Origin: Lingula anatina
Lineage: Eukaryota; Animalia; Brachiopoda
Length of the DNA stretch: 64,000 bases
Assembly (NCBI GenBank): GCA_051362555.1
Contig: CM120642.1
Coordinates: 8,246,001-8,310,000, forward strand
Direction of reading: 5' to 3'
How positions within the stretch are numbered: position 1 is the first letter of the stretch; every line of letters starts with the position of its first letter. The notes under the pieces are model-generated. The model was given only the letters and a program-made list of their open reading frames with translations. It was not told the DNA's origin and searched no databases. The translations under genes and the position numbers were made by a program. This document shows positions 1 to 11,127 of the stretch, piece after piece.

Positions 1-67
1 AAATCATTTCTAAAAATTTTCTTTGGTTACTATAAGAGGAAACTCGTAACCACGGAGGTTGGGCGGG

Positions 68-176
68 TCAATCACGGCGCAATCGGTAGCGTGCAAGGCT
101 GTTAAGAAATCCAATCCAATCATCCACCATGGTAACGAGTCACGAGTAGTCACGAGTTCGAATCCCGGATGAGGCA
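68..176 (+). pseudogene. tRNA-Asn(GUU)-derived module with Pol III A and B boxes (also ~2176-2284, ~3723-3831, ~5188-5296)
   Basis: GGCGCAATCGGTAGCGTGCAAGGCTGTTAA (76-105) resembles the 5' half of eukaryotic tRNA-Asn, including a CTGTTAA anticodon loop. B box GAGTTCGAATCCC at 154-166. An overlong spacer separates the halves and there is no clean acceptor stem, so it is not a functional tRNA. Confidence 0.6.
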
Positions 177-1369
177 TGTCACCTGTCCCTCGGATACGAG
201 CTGGTCACGTGATCGGGAAGGCGCGAATACGAATGCAGGCACTCGTCGGTCCCGGCAAATTACCTTTTGCATAAAAAGCCGGTATACTTTCGCATAAGTG
301 ATCGATTTGGCAACAACTTTTGCTGTTCGTTATCATAGTGTCTGCCTCGTCGATAACACTTCCTTACTCTTCATTTAAAGGTTCTTAAAATGATGATTAG
401 GCGGGGATGGTCATTGATCTCTATCCTTTACCAGCTACGCAACAGATCAAACTTGAATTGAGTCAGTATAGCAAACCCGCCATGGTGCCATGCACGTCAT
501 ACTGCCCTTTCATCTCAGAGAGCTGTCTTCTCGGTGGCATTATCAACAAAATAATTTATTTTATTTACTTATTTTTTTCGAAAATCACGTCACCGCTATT
601 GCTTTACCCAATGCTACACGGGGCAACTCCACAATGGCCATTAGAAATGGCAAAGACTACTCAAATCCAAAACTGCCAAACTGTGAACCGCTTTAGCTCT
701 CGTCGTGCTCGATAACTTCACAGGTGAAGTCAGACGTAATCTCACTGTAAACCAAAATGAAAATAAAAGCATCAGAAATCATCTGGCTAGTTACGTTCCG
801 AGGAGTCTTATCAATAAAAGCGACCAAACTTGATATTGTTTCGGTAGCTTTCCCGCTTTGGCACCACGTCATACCGCCTGTAAACCGCGTTCAGCAGAAA
901 AAGAAAGTATCCTCTCGGCGGAATTGTCGCCAAATATGTTGTCTTTGTCAAAATTCACATGGTTGCAATTGCTTGAAAGGAAAACGCACCAGCTTCAACA
1001 CATTTGAACGTTTTTAATTATTCCCTCTTTTCAAGGGCTTGCTAAAACTAAAATCGCCCCCCTGTGCTTTTTAACGTCATAGGTGATACCAAACTAAATC
1101 TCAGCTCAAAACAAAGTCATAGTAAAAAAAAAATGAATCTATCTCGGAACGCTCCGTGTCGGCTTCTCAACCAAGGTCTCGTGTACATCAGCTACTTCAA
1201 CGTTCAATGATAATACGATGTTCGGGGAAAGGCGTTGTTCGGGATGAAATTCATTTTTTACGGCTCACGGGCTATCGATTGTAATTTCGGACATTTACAT
1301 GTGCATACCAACTGGCCCTCTTCATGACAAGGCAGAAAGTTTGCATTTGATTTAGGATTTTCTAACGAA

Positions 1370-1462
1370 GCTGCCGCGGTTCCGTGGTAACTTCGCTGAC
1401 TGAAACGCAACTAGTAAGACAACTTCCCGGGTTCGAATTCTACAACGAACAGCACAATTTTT
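1370..1462 (+). pseudogene. Second tRNA-like module with A-box-like and B-box motifs and oligo-T (also 2007-2090, 3554-3637, 5028-5111)
   Basis: GCTG...CAGC ends (1370-1373/1450-1453), A-box-like CGGTTCCGTGG, CTGAAAC anticodon-loop-like heptamer, B box GGTTCGAATTC (1430-1440), then a T5-6 run. Confidence 0.5.
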
Positions 1463-4400
1463 GTTGTTTATTGTTTCGGTAGCTTTCCCGCTTTGGCACC
1501 ACGTCATACCGCCTGTAAACCGCGTTCAGCAGAAAAAGAAAGTATCCTCTCGGCGGAATTGTCGCCAAATATGTTGTCTTTGTCAAAATTCACATGGTTG
1601 CAATTGCTTGAAAGGAAAACGCACCAGCTTCAACACATTTGAACGTTTTTAATGATTCCCTCTTTTCAAGGGCTTGCTAAAACTAAAATCGCCCCCCTGT
1701 GCTTTTTAACGTCATAGGTGATACCAAACTAAATCTCAGCTCAAAACAAAGTCATAGTAAAAAAAAAAAATGAATCTATCTCGGAACGCTCCGTGTCGGC
1801 TTCTCAACCAAGGTCTCGTGTACATCAGCTACTTCAACGTTCAATGATAAAACGATGTTCGGGGAAAGGCGTTGTTCGGGATGAAATTCATTTTTTACGG
1901 CTCACGGGCTATCGATTGTAATTTTGGACATTTACATGTGCATCCCAACTGGCCCTCTTCATGACAAGGCAGAAAGTTTTCATTTGATGTGGGAATTTCT
2001 AACGAAGCTGCCGCGGTTCCGTGGTAACTTCGCTGACTGAAACGCAGCTAGCAAGACAACTTCCCGGGTTCGAATTCTACAACGAACAGCACAATTTTTT
2101 GTTGCTGGAAATCATTTCTAAAAATTTTCTTTGGTTACTATAAGAGGAAACTCGTAACCACGGAGGTTGGGCGGGTCAATCACGGCGCAATCGGTAGCGT
2201 GCAAGGCTGTTAAAAAATCCAAACCTATCATCCACCATGGTAACGAGTCACGAGTAGTCACGAGTTCGAATCCCGGATGAGGCATGTCACCTGTCCCTCG
2301 GATACGAGCTGGTCACGTGATCGGGAAGGCGCGAATACGAATGCAGGCACTCGTCGGTCCCGGCAAATTACCTTTTGCATAAAAAGCCGGTATACTTTCG
2401 CATAAGTGATCGATTTGGCAACAACTTTTGCTGTTCGTTATCATAGTGTCTGCCTCGTCGATAACACTTCCTTACTCTTCATTTAAAGGTTCTTAAAATG
2501 ATGATTAGGCGGGGATGGTCATTGATCTCTATCCTTTACCAGCTACGCAACAGATCAAACTTGAATTGAGTCAGTATAGCAAACCCGCCATGGTGCCATG
2601 CACGTCATACTGCCCTTTCATCTCAGAGAGCTGTCTTCTCGGTGGCATTATCAACAAAATAATTTATTTTATTTACTTATTTTTTTCGAAAATCACGTCA
2701 CCGCTATTGCTTTACCCAATGCTACATTTTGTTGTGTTTTTAATGCCATCCCCTCCTCTAGGGCCTTGCTTCTCAAGACTGTTCATATTGTCTTACAGTA
2801 CCCGGGGCAACTCCACAATGGCCATTAGAAATGGCAAAGACTACTCAAATCCAAAACTGCCAAACTGTGAACCGCTTTAGCTCTCGTCGTGCTCGATAAC
2901 TTCACAGGTGAAGTCAGACGTAATCTCACTGTAAACCAAAATGAAAATAAAAGCATCAGAAATCATCTGGCTAGTTACGTTCCGAGCAGTCTTATCAATA
3001 AAAGCGACCAAACTTGATATTGTTTCGGTAGCTTTCCCGCTTTGGCACCACGTCATACCGCCTGTAAACCGCGTTCAGCAGAAAAAGAAAGTATCCTCTC
3101 GGCGGAATTGTCGCCAAATATGTTGTCTTTGTCAAAATTCACATGGTTGCAATTGCTTGAAAGGAAAACGCACCAGCTTCAACACATTTGAACGTTTTTA
3201 ATGATTCCCTCTTTTCAAGGGCTTGCTAAAACTAAAATCGCCCCCCTGTGCTTTTTAACGTCATAGGTGATACCAAACTAAATCTCAGCTCAAAACAAAG
3301 TCATAGTAAAAAAAAAATGAATCTATCTCGGAACGCTCCGTGTCGGCTTCTCAACCAAGGTCTCGTGTACATCATCTACTTCAACGTTCAATGATAATAC
3401 GATGTTCGGGGAAAGGCGTTGTTCGGGATGAAATTCATTTTTTACGGCTCACGGGCCATCGATTGTAATTTCGGACATTTACATGTGCATCCCAACTGGC
3501 CCTCTTCATGACAAGGCAGAAAGTTTGCATTTGATTTAGGATTTTCTAACGAAGCTGCCGCGGTTCCGTGGTAACTTCGCTGACTGAAACGCAGCTAGCA
3601 AGACAACTTCCCGGGTTCGAATTCTACAACGAACAGCACAATTTTTTGTTGCTGGAAATCATTTCTAAAAATTTTCTTTGGTTACTATAAGAGGAAACTC
3701 GTAACCACGGAGGGTGGGCGGGTCATTCACGGCGCAATCGGTAGCGTGCAAGGCTGTTACAATATCCAAACCAATCATCCACCATGGTAACGAGTCACGA
3801 GTAGTCACGAGTTCAAATCCCGGATGAGGCATGTCACCTGTCCCTCGGATACGAGCTGGTCACGTGATCGGGAAGGCGCGAATACGAATGCAGGCACTCG
3901 TCGGTCCCGGCAAATTACCTTTTGCATAAAAAGCCGGTATACTTTCGCATAAGTGATCGATTTGGCAACAACTTTTGCTGTTCGTTATCATAGTGTCTGC
4001 CTCGTCGATAACACTTCCTTACTCTTCATTTAAAGGTTCTTAAAATGATGATTAGGCGGGGATGGTCATTGATCTCTATCCTTTACCAGCTACGCAACAG
4101 ATCAAACTTGAATTGAGTCAGTATAGCAAACCCGCCATGGTGCCATGCACGTCATACTGCCCTTTCATCTCAGAGAGCTGTCTTCTCGGTGGCATTATCA
4201 ACAAAATAATTTATTTTATTTACTTATTTTTTTCGAAAATCACGTCACCGCTATTGCTTTACCCAATGCTACACGGGGCAACTCCACAATGGCCATTAGA
4301 AATGGCAAAGACTACTCAAATCCAAAACTGCCAAACTGTGAACGGCTTTAGCTCTCGTCGTGCTCGATAACTTCACAGGTGAAGTCAGACGTAATCTCAC

Positions 4401-6626
4401 TGTAAACCAAAATGAAAATAAAAGCATCAGAAATCATCTGGCTTGTTACGTTCCGAGCAGTCTTATCAATAAAAGCGACCAAACTTGATATTGTTTCGGT
4501 AGCTTTCCCGCTTTGGCACCACGTCATACCGCCTGTAAACCGCGTTCAGCAGAAAAAGAAAGTATCCTCTCGGCGGAATTGTCGCCAAATATGTTGTCTT
4601 TGTCAAAATTCACATGGTTGCAATTGCTTGAAAGGAAAACGCACCAGCTTCAACACATTTGAACGTTTTTAATGATTCCCTCTTTTCAAGGGCTTGCTAA
4701 AACTAAAATCGCCCCCATGTGCTTTTTAACGTCATAGGTGATACCAAACTAAATCTCAGCTCAAAACAAAGTCATAGTAAAAAAAAAAAAATGAATCTAT
4801 CTCGGAACGCTCCGTGTCGGCTTCTCAACCAAGGTCTCGTGTACATCATCTACTTCAACGTTCAATGATAATACGATGTTCGGGGAAAGGCGTTGTTCGG
4901 GATGAAATTCATTTTTTACGGCTCACGGGCTATCGATTGTAATTTCGGACATTTACATGTGCATCCCAACTGGCCCTCTTCATGACAAGGCAGAAAGTTT
5001 GCATTTGATTTAGGATTTTCTAACGAAGCTGCCGCGGTTCCGTGGTAACTTCGCTGACTGAAACGCAACTAGCAAGACAACTTCCCGGGTTCGAATTCTA
5101 CAACGAACAGCACAATTTTTTGTTGCTGGAAATCATTTCTAAAAATTTTCTTTGGTTACTATAAGAGGAAACTCGTAACCACGGAGGTCAATCACGGCGC
5201 AATCGGTAGCGTGCAAGTCTGTTTAAAAATCCAAACCAATCATCCACCATGGTAACGAGTCACGAGTAGTCACGAGTTCGAATCCCGGATGAGGCATGTC
5301 ACCTGTCCCTCGGATACGAGCTGGTCACGTGATCGGGAAGGCGCGAATACGAATGCAGGCACTCGTCGGTCTCGGCAAATTACCTTTTGCATAAAAAGCC
5401 GGTATACTTTCGCATAAGTGATCGATTTGGCAACAACTTTTGCTGTTCGTTATCATAGTGTCTGCCTCGTCGATAACACTTCCTTACTCTTCATCTAATT
5501 GGGAATAATCTATCTCTCTCTCTCTCTCATTTTTGTTGATCGAGGCTGGGTGTTCAAAATGTGTATATTGCTATATAATTTGGTTATTATTGCACATTTT
5601 CACTGTTAAAGATCGTCTTTCTATATGCTAGTACTTGGACATAATGAACGAAATTTAGCTGGCTTGTTTCATGTATGTACCTGTAGTACTTGCATATTCC
5701 AAACTTCATGTACACTGTAGGGGGCCTATACTGAGTTTTGTATCTAAGTCTATACCAATCTTCTTTTTGTGTTCTTTTCAGTTCCTGTCATCAAATGTCC
5801 CATCTGCTTACATATGAATCACGTATTCGGGGATCTTGATCTGACCCGGACCGCAGACGCTGTATTACATCAGTATTTATCCTATAATTCCCGTTGTGAT
5901 GAGGGAGACGTACATGTTTTTACCACAGACTGTAGGGGATCCTGCTTTACGGCGCAGACAGCGGTGAATATTACTGCAGTACGTATATAAAGTCGAGAAT
6001 ATATACAAAAAACATCATTATCATCAAGTGCTTGAGATCGTTTTCTGCATTCGCGCCTGTGTTTGTGTGTGTGTCTACTGCATGTTGTATGCGCGTGCGC
6101 ATGTGTGCATACGTGCGGGAGTGTGTTCATTCAATTCAGCATGTACTGTATCCTGATCGCCCTGCTGTTCGTAATGTTGGCGTCACTAAAGTAATTGCTT
6201 ATCATATACATGTGTTTATACACTGTCATTACACTTCAAGGACTTCAAGGACTATCACTTTATCACGAGTTACTTTCTTACATTCTACATTTTTAGAACT
6301 TTTTTATGCCAGTAGGTAATACAGTCCTCATAAACAAAATAGCCGCAGATTTATGTTTGCAAAGTAATTCATACTCTGAAACTAAATAAATACTATTCAG
6401 ACGAATATTAGTATAGCCCTCTATAACACAGCGGGTTAATAAATTATAATCGAGAACAGTTAATTTGTAACAAAAAGTTTGTTAAGGAAATGTTGTTTCT
6501 GGAAAGTTTTCGCACCATTGAATTAGTTTTTTTTTTTTAAATACAAATTATTGCTAAGACACGGGAATTAATTACGTTTTATATTGAAATGATTCTGTTA
6601 TTCGCTGTTACTTAATAATTGGTTAA

Positions 6627-6962
6627 AGGAATAATAACTCTTCGTTTCGGCCAAAAAATGAATTTTCCTGGAGTAAACAACAATTTCCCCATACTTACCA
6701 ATGGTTAATGAATCCATTTTTACATTCAAAGTTAGTCCCTGTTTTTTTCTAAAAAGTTTGGTTTTTTGTTAAAATCTCTTAAGAGATTTTAACAGAGTAT
6801 AGCCATCAATGGAGGCCACGTGGTCTAAAGACAAGCTCAGTTATCAGAATAATAGCTATAACTGCCGTTTTTGTGGTAAAACAGAATATATTATATTTCT
6901 ATGAGTTATTCACAATGTTTTTATTGTGAAATATAGATCTCATACGAAGAGTTATTATCCCT
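6627..6962. mobile_element. Non-autonomous DNA transposon with TTAA target duplication (Kolobok/piggyBac-type MITE)
   Basis: TTAA at 6623-6626 and 6963-6966. TIR AGGAATAATAACTCTTCGT / ACGAAGAGTTATTATCCCT. Confidence 0.8.
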
Positions 6963-8703
6963 TTAAGTGTTCTTTTGCCGCACGGCGGTTTACATGTATA
7001 GGGAATGTCTCTGTGTAATTTCCCTGAAGAAGTCTGACGTTCAGCAGAAGAAATATTGACAGATAAATCACAGTCAATCTTTTATATAGCTATTGACAAA
7101 TGAAACTTTTTGTTTTTAAAAAAATTAGAATACTCGCAATCGGTTCGTGCCTTTTATACTCAGTTTGTGGTGTCTACAGGTCACACATCACCCCTGTCTT
7201 TTTTCAAATTCACATTTTGACGCGATCCATAAAAAAGGCAGTTTTGCACCTATAGTCCTGAAAACGTATTTACCGTTCTGCAGCTCACGGGACCTTTTGT
7301 AAATGAACACTGATATCAGAAAAAAATAACTGTTTCAAAACGCATCACACAAATGCATTTCTATAATCTACTGTACCTACTGCATATTTTAATATGTATT
7401 TAAATACGGGAGCAATGCTCTCTCGATTATCTCCGACACATAATTCATGTGCCGAAAGGAAAGGTGTAGGGACTTACCTACCATACGAAATTTTAAAATG
7501 CGGTGCTCGCAACAAGTATTTTTAGGACCGCACCAATCACATATCTGCGGCCCCAGGTCACAAACGGCAGTTTTGTTTTTGAGGTCTGTAATATACTGAC
7601 ATAGAACTCCAGACACTGTTTTTGAAGCATTATCCTCTTTATGTTTTACATTTTAAATTGTGCGAATAAGAAATGCTCGAAATAAGACTGATAAATGCTA
7701 TTTCTTGATACTTCAGTATTTGAGAGGCACTATTTTGAGTTTCACCTTCTTTCAACGGCAATGCACCGGTCTTCGAACAGAAGATAATTGCCTGTCCGGT
7801 CGAGACATTGATCACTTCGCTCTGTCTGAACTCCAATTTCCACTCTACACGGGAGCAAGATCGAATTTCTTTTGGGAAATGAACGGGTCTGTTTGCACTT
7901 ACACGTACATGCACCGGTATAGCACAGGGTATAGCACCGCTGAGAGAATTCCCAAGCAGCAGACGACTCCAGGTGGCACCACTGGCACAACGTCATCCAT
8001 TACTAGGCGTTGTTCAGCCTTAATGTGTCTTTAGTCTTGTATATACTCGTCACCGATTAAATTTGTGTGGTGCATGTGCCGGACGTGTTTGTGAATGATG
8101 TTCAAAATGTATTGGCGAAGCAATCACACATACATTTGAAAAAATAACTCTTATTCATAGGGAGGACACGGTATATATTTTCAAACATACTATGATCTTC
8201 ATGTACCAGTGCTTGACATATATAAAATGTTGAGAAAGGAACAAACTTTAAAAAGAGCGCACTGCGAACATTGTTGTTTACATCATTATATGTACGTGTA
8301 GAACTCAGTCTTTTAATCTGTATCTAAGACCCAATAAACTGTTTAGTGGGCTCTTGTCTGAATTAAAAGGAAAAGAATGTACGTTTGCAGTAAATTATAA
8401 GATTACTTTTCATATCCATTAATCAATCGATCAAAACATCTGAAAAGACATTTTAGTGTGAAGGTGTTGTAAAACATTGGCAACTTCAAAAACATAAAAT
8501 CGTCGAAAGTATTAGCGCGTCTTAATCACTAATTTTTTTAATGTGTTTCTGCCAAAAAGGATTCTTAGCATATGATGCAGTATATAGGGTTAATGGCATA
8601 TTGAAAGGTGTGGAACATTTCAATTGGTTTCCATCACAATTTGGCTGTCTATAATTTTGAACCAACATAAAGAAACAGATTTCGAGAGTCATTTGGGGAG
8701 TTC

Positions 8704-9789
8704 TCACTTGGGTGGACCACCTGGTCCATTTTCAAGTACACACTGACCAATGATTTTTGGGCAGTTACGTTCCCGATTTCCCCAACGGCCCTTGAAGTTA
8801 AGAAAGCTGAATTCCCCAGTAAACTGTCCTTTGGCGGCCATCTTGACAACTTTAAGATTATTTGCAATGTGCCATGCTGTTCCAGCACTACAGTGATCTT
8901 TCAACTTGTCTCCGTTAAAGAGTTTCTTGTAGACGTGTTCCCCTGTATTTGGCCAGATACCATGGGATCCCTTGGCTGCGTAGACTTGGGCGTGTGTGCA
9001 GTCAGTCGTATAAACGGCCCGATTCCCTCTTCTGAATTCATTACCATTCCACAGAAACTCTCCACCATATTGGTTAGTGATCTCAGAATCGTGGATTGAC
9101 AAATATATGGAGTAGATTTTGTTATTATTGAACTTTATCTTCACGTGTTCCCAGTCTCCAACGTGATTACCAAAAGTGGAGTACCCCCCTGCGCATCCGT
9201 TAAGTCGAGGACATAGGCAATGGCCCCACGCCTTGACGCACGGGCATACGTTATCAAAATATAACCCCACACACGCCCGTTTTCCTCTGTTGTATGGGAA
9301 GAAGAACCAATAGGTGATTTCAACAACGTTACCCTTGTCCTCGTATATAGCGTATGCTGGGGCACTTGCAGGATCCTGTCCCTTAAAGACGACAGGTTCT
9401 CTGCACGAGGGACAAGATAAATGCGTCTTAGTTTCCAGGTAACAGTTGCTGTTACAGGTGGGCAGTGTGCTCGGAGTGACGGAAGTCGGACTGCCGCCGC
9501 GTAAGTTAACGTGTTGGAGGAAATAGTCGACGCTGGATGGTTTCCATTCCTCTCCCACGGCCAACCGGACCACCGGCGCCCACAGTTTCGCGGCGGCGAC
9601 GATATCAGCATGACTCCTTCCATTGAGGCCAGTGGCCTGCTTATTCTTACACTGATTTAACAGTTTACCTATGTTCAAATCAATCAATTTTTTGAAATTA
9701 AATCCGAAGTTGCCGAGCCACCCGTTGCTTGGCGACGAATGAAGCATGACAATCACCAACAGAAGACACCAACGCCCTGCAGCGACCAT
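8704..9789 (-). CDS. Secreted Vps62-like protein, 361 aa
   Basis: Hydrophobic signal peptide (MVAAGRWCLLLVIVMLHSSPSNG). Vps62-family motifs APVVRL..GEEW.PSSVDYFL, ITYWFFFPYNRGK, FGNHVGDWEH, YAAKGSHG and NFKGRWGN. Splice acceptor TTTTATTTCAAG directly before the ATG. Confidence 0.85.
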   Translation of the reverse strand: MVAAGRWCLLLVIVMLHSSPSNGWLGNFGFNFKKLIDLNIGKLLNQCKNKQATGLNGRSHADIVAAAKLWAPVVRLAVGEEWKPSSVDYFLQHVNLRGGSPTSVTPSTLPTCNSNCYLETKTHLSCPSCREPVVFKGQDPASAPAYAIYEDKGNVVEITYWFFFPYNRGKRACVGLYFDNVCPCVKAWGHCLCPRLNGCAGGYSTFGNHVGDWEHVKIKFNNNKIYSIYLSIHDSEITNQYGGEFLWNGNEFRRGNRAVYTTDCTHAQVYAAKGSHGIWPNTGEHVYKKLFNGDKLKDHCSAGTAWHIANNLKVVKMAAKGQFTGEFSFLNFKGRWGNRERNCPKIIGQCVLENGPGGPPK

Positions 9790-10957
9790 CTTGAAATAAA
9801 AAGTTGAAGCAAAATTTATCTATTTTTCTGCATATTATTATTATTTATGTTATGATCTGCAATATATATAAACATAGGCAGTTGATATTTATTTGAAGGA
9901 CAACATTTGAAGGACAGCATTTAGGCTGTCCCCGATGAACGTATGAATGCCATAATTTGATGTTCAATGTCACTCGTGACGAAAATATGTCACTATTGCC
10001 AATGTATCTACAGTTATTTACATGAGTTGCAAATCAATGGGGCGAATGATAATTTTCTAGCTTGGTGCACACTGTACGACAAGCCGGACGTCCCGCATTG
10101 CAAATTGATGAATATCAATTTAATTTACAAAAATGCTTCTTCAAGTTGCTTTTCGTTTCATCCATCGACACTAATAAATTAAATTCACGTATAATAACAA
10201 TCCATCAGCAGCTATTGTTAATCAACGCATGTAAACTGCCCCAAGAATTACGGCGTCATTTTATTCATTGTCTCCCTGCATACATGCATAAAATATAAAC
10301 ATTAACTTCTCTGAATGAACGTGGGTTTTAAATTGGATTGGTTTAAATGGCGGTGTGAAACATCTATAATTATACCCGCACAAGTTGAAAATTTGGGGAT
10401 TGATAGACCTATCACCAGGGATGAGCAAGGGCACTTGGGATTTTCAGTGTTCTTGGGGGTTGGCTGTCCTGGAAGTGGATGACTCTTAATTCTTTTTACA
10501 TTGTAATTTCTGCCATTTATTCCTATACCATTAGAGTGAGGAAGCTGAAACTCTTAGCTTTGATGAACACATTATCAGGGAATGTACATTGGTCTGTTGA
10601 AAACGTAATGTAACTGTTGGTCGGGCTTCCCTGAGAGGTGATTGGTTCTTATGATCACATTGTAATTTTGGTATTTTTCCCAACACTGAAGAGAAAGGAA
10701 GTTGAAGCGGTGGGTATTGGTAGTCTTATAATCAAGGGAGTGCAGAGGCACTAAGGAATTTTAGTGAGCCGCTGGGTTGGTATTTTTTTTAAATTAGGCA
10801 TTTTTTCATCAATGCTTTTAAAGCTGTTATTATGAAGACTATCTGCAAAAATTATACATATGTATTGTCACAGATATATTGGGAATGGTGTCCTTGAGGA
10901 AACTACTTCTTACAATGTCGACACTCCTAAAACGCAGAAAATAACAATTGGACTTAC

Positions 10958-11127
10958 GTTTCTGTTGTGCAACTTTGGTAGACGATTGGCCTCAAAATGA
11001 TTGCTTGTCGATGTCCGTGAAAATCGGACGCTGTCGCAGCAATAATATATTTTTAGCCTGCGAATGTCGGCCCTCGCCTCCCGTGGCTCGTGAAGTAGGT
11101 GCGAGGATGACAGCAGTGCTTTTTATA
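10958..11127 (-). promoter_or_regulatory. TATA box and putative non-coding first exon of the Vps62-like gene
   Basis: Minus-strand TATAAAAA at 11127-11120. Minus-strand donor AC|GTAAGT at 10958/10957, which pairs with the acceptor at 9790. Confidence 0.6.

Larger units (their letters stand above)
1..5494. repeat. Tandem array of ~1.47-kb units (>=3.3 copies, open at the left edge)
   Basis: AAATCATTTCTAAAAATTTTCTTTGG recurs at 1, 2109, 3656 and 5130; CCTTACTCTTCAT ends at 374, 2482, 4029 and 5494. Copies are near-identical. One unit has an internal ~635-bp duplication (835-1469/1470-2104) and another has an extra 76 bp (~2727-2802). Confidence 0.97.

Noticed and set aside
68-176. Functional intron-containing tRNA-Asn gene
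   Set aside because: Acceptor and anticodon stems do not pair convincingly and the anticodon loop is mutated in other copies, so it is kept as tRNA-derived only.
407-4672. Repeated 63-121 aa ORFs in the tandem array
   Set aside because: No recognisable domains or splice structure; the 76-bp indel swaps frames between copies; they recur only because the DNA is repeated.
1-5494. CRISPR array, or rDNA/5S/histone/snRNA repeat
   Set aside because: No repeat-spacer structure and no rRNA, histone or snRNA sequence recognised; the context is eukaryotic.
7639-8034. Overlapping 84-124 aa ORFs downstream of the Vps62-like gene
   Set aside because: No domain, splice or paralog support.
9141-9623. 160-aa overlapping minus-strand ORF
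   Set aside because: Alternate frame within the Vps62-like CDS with no recognisable features.
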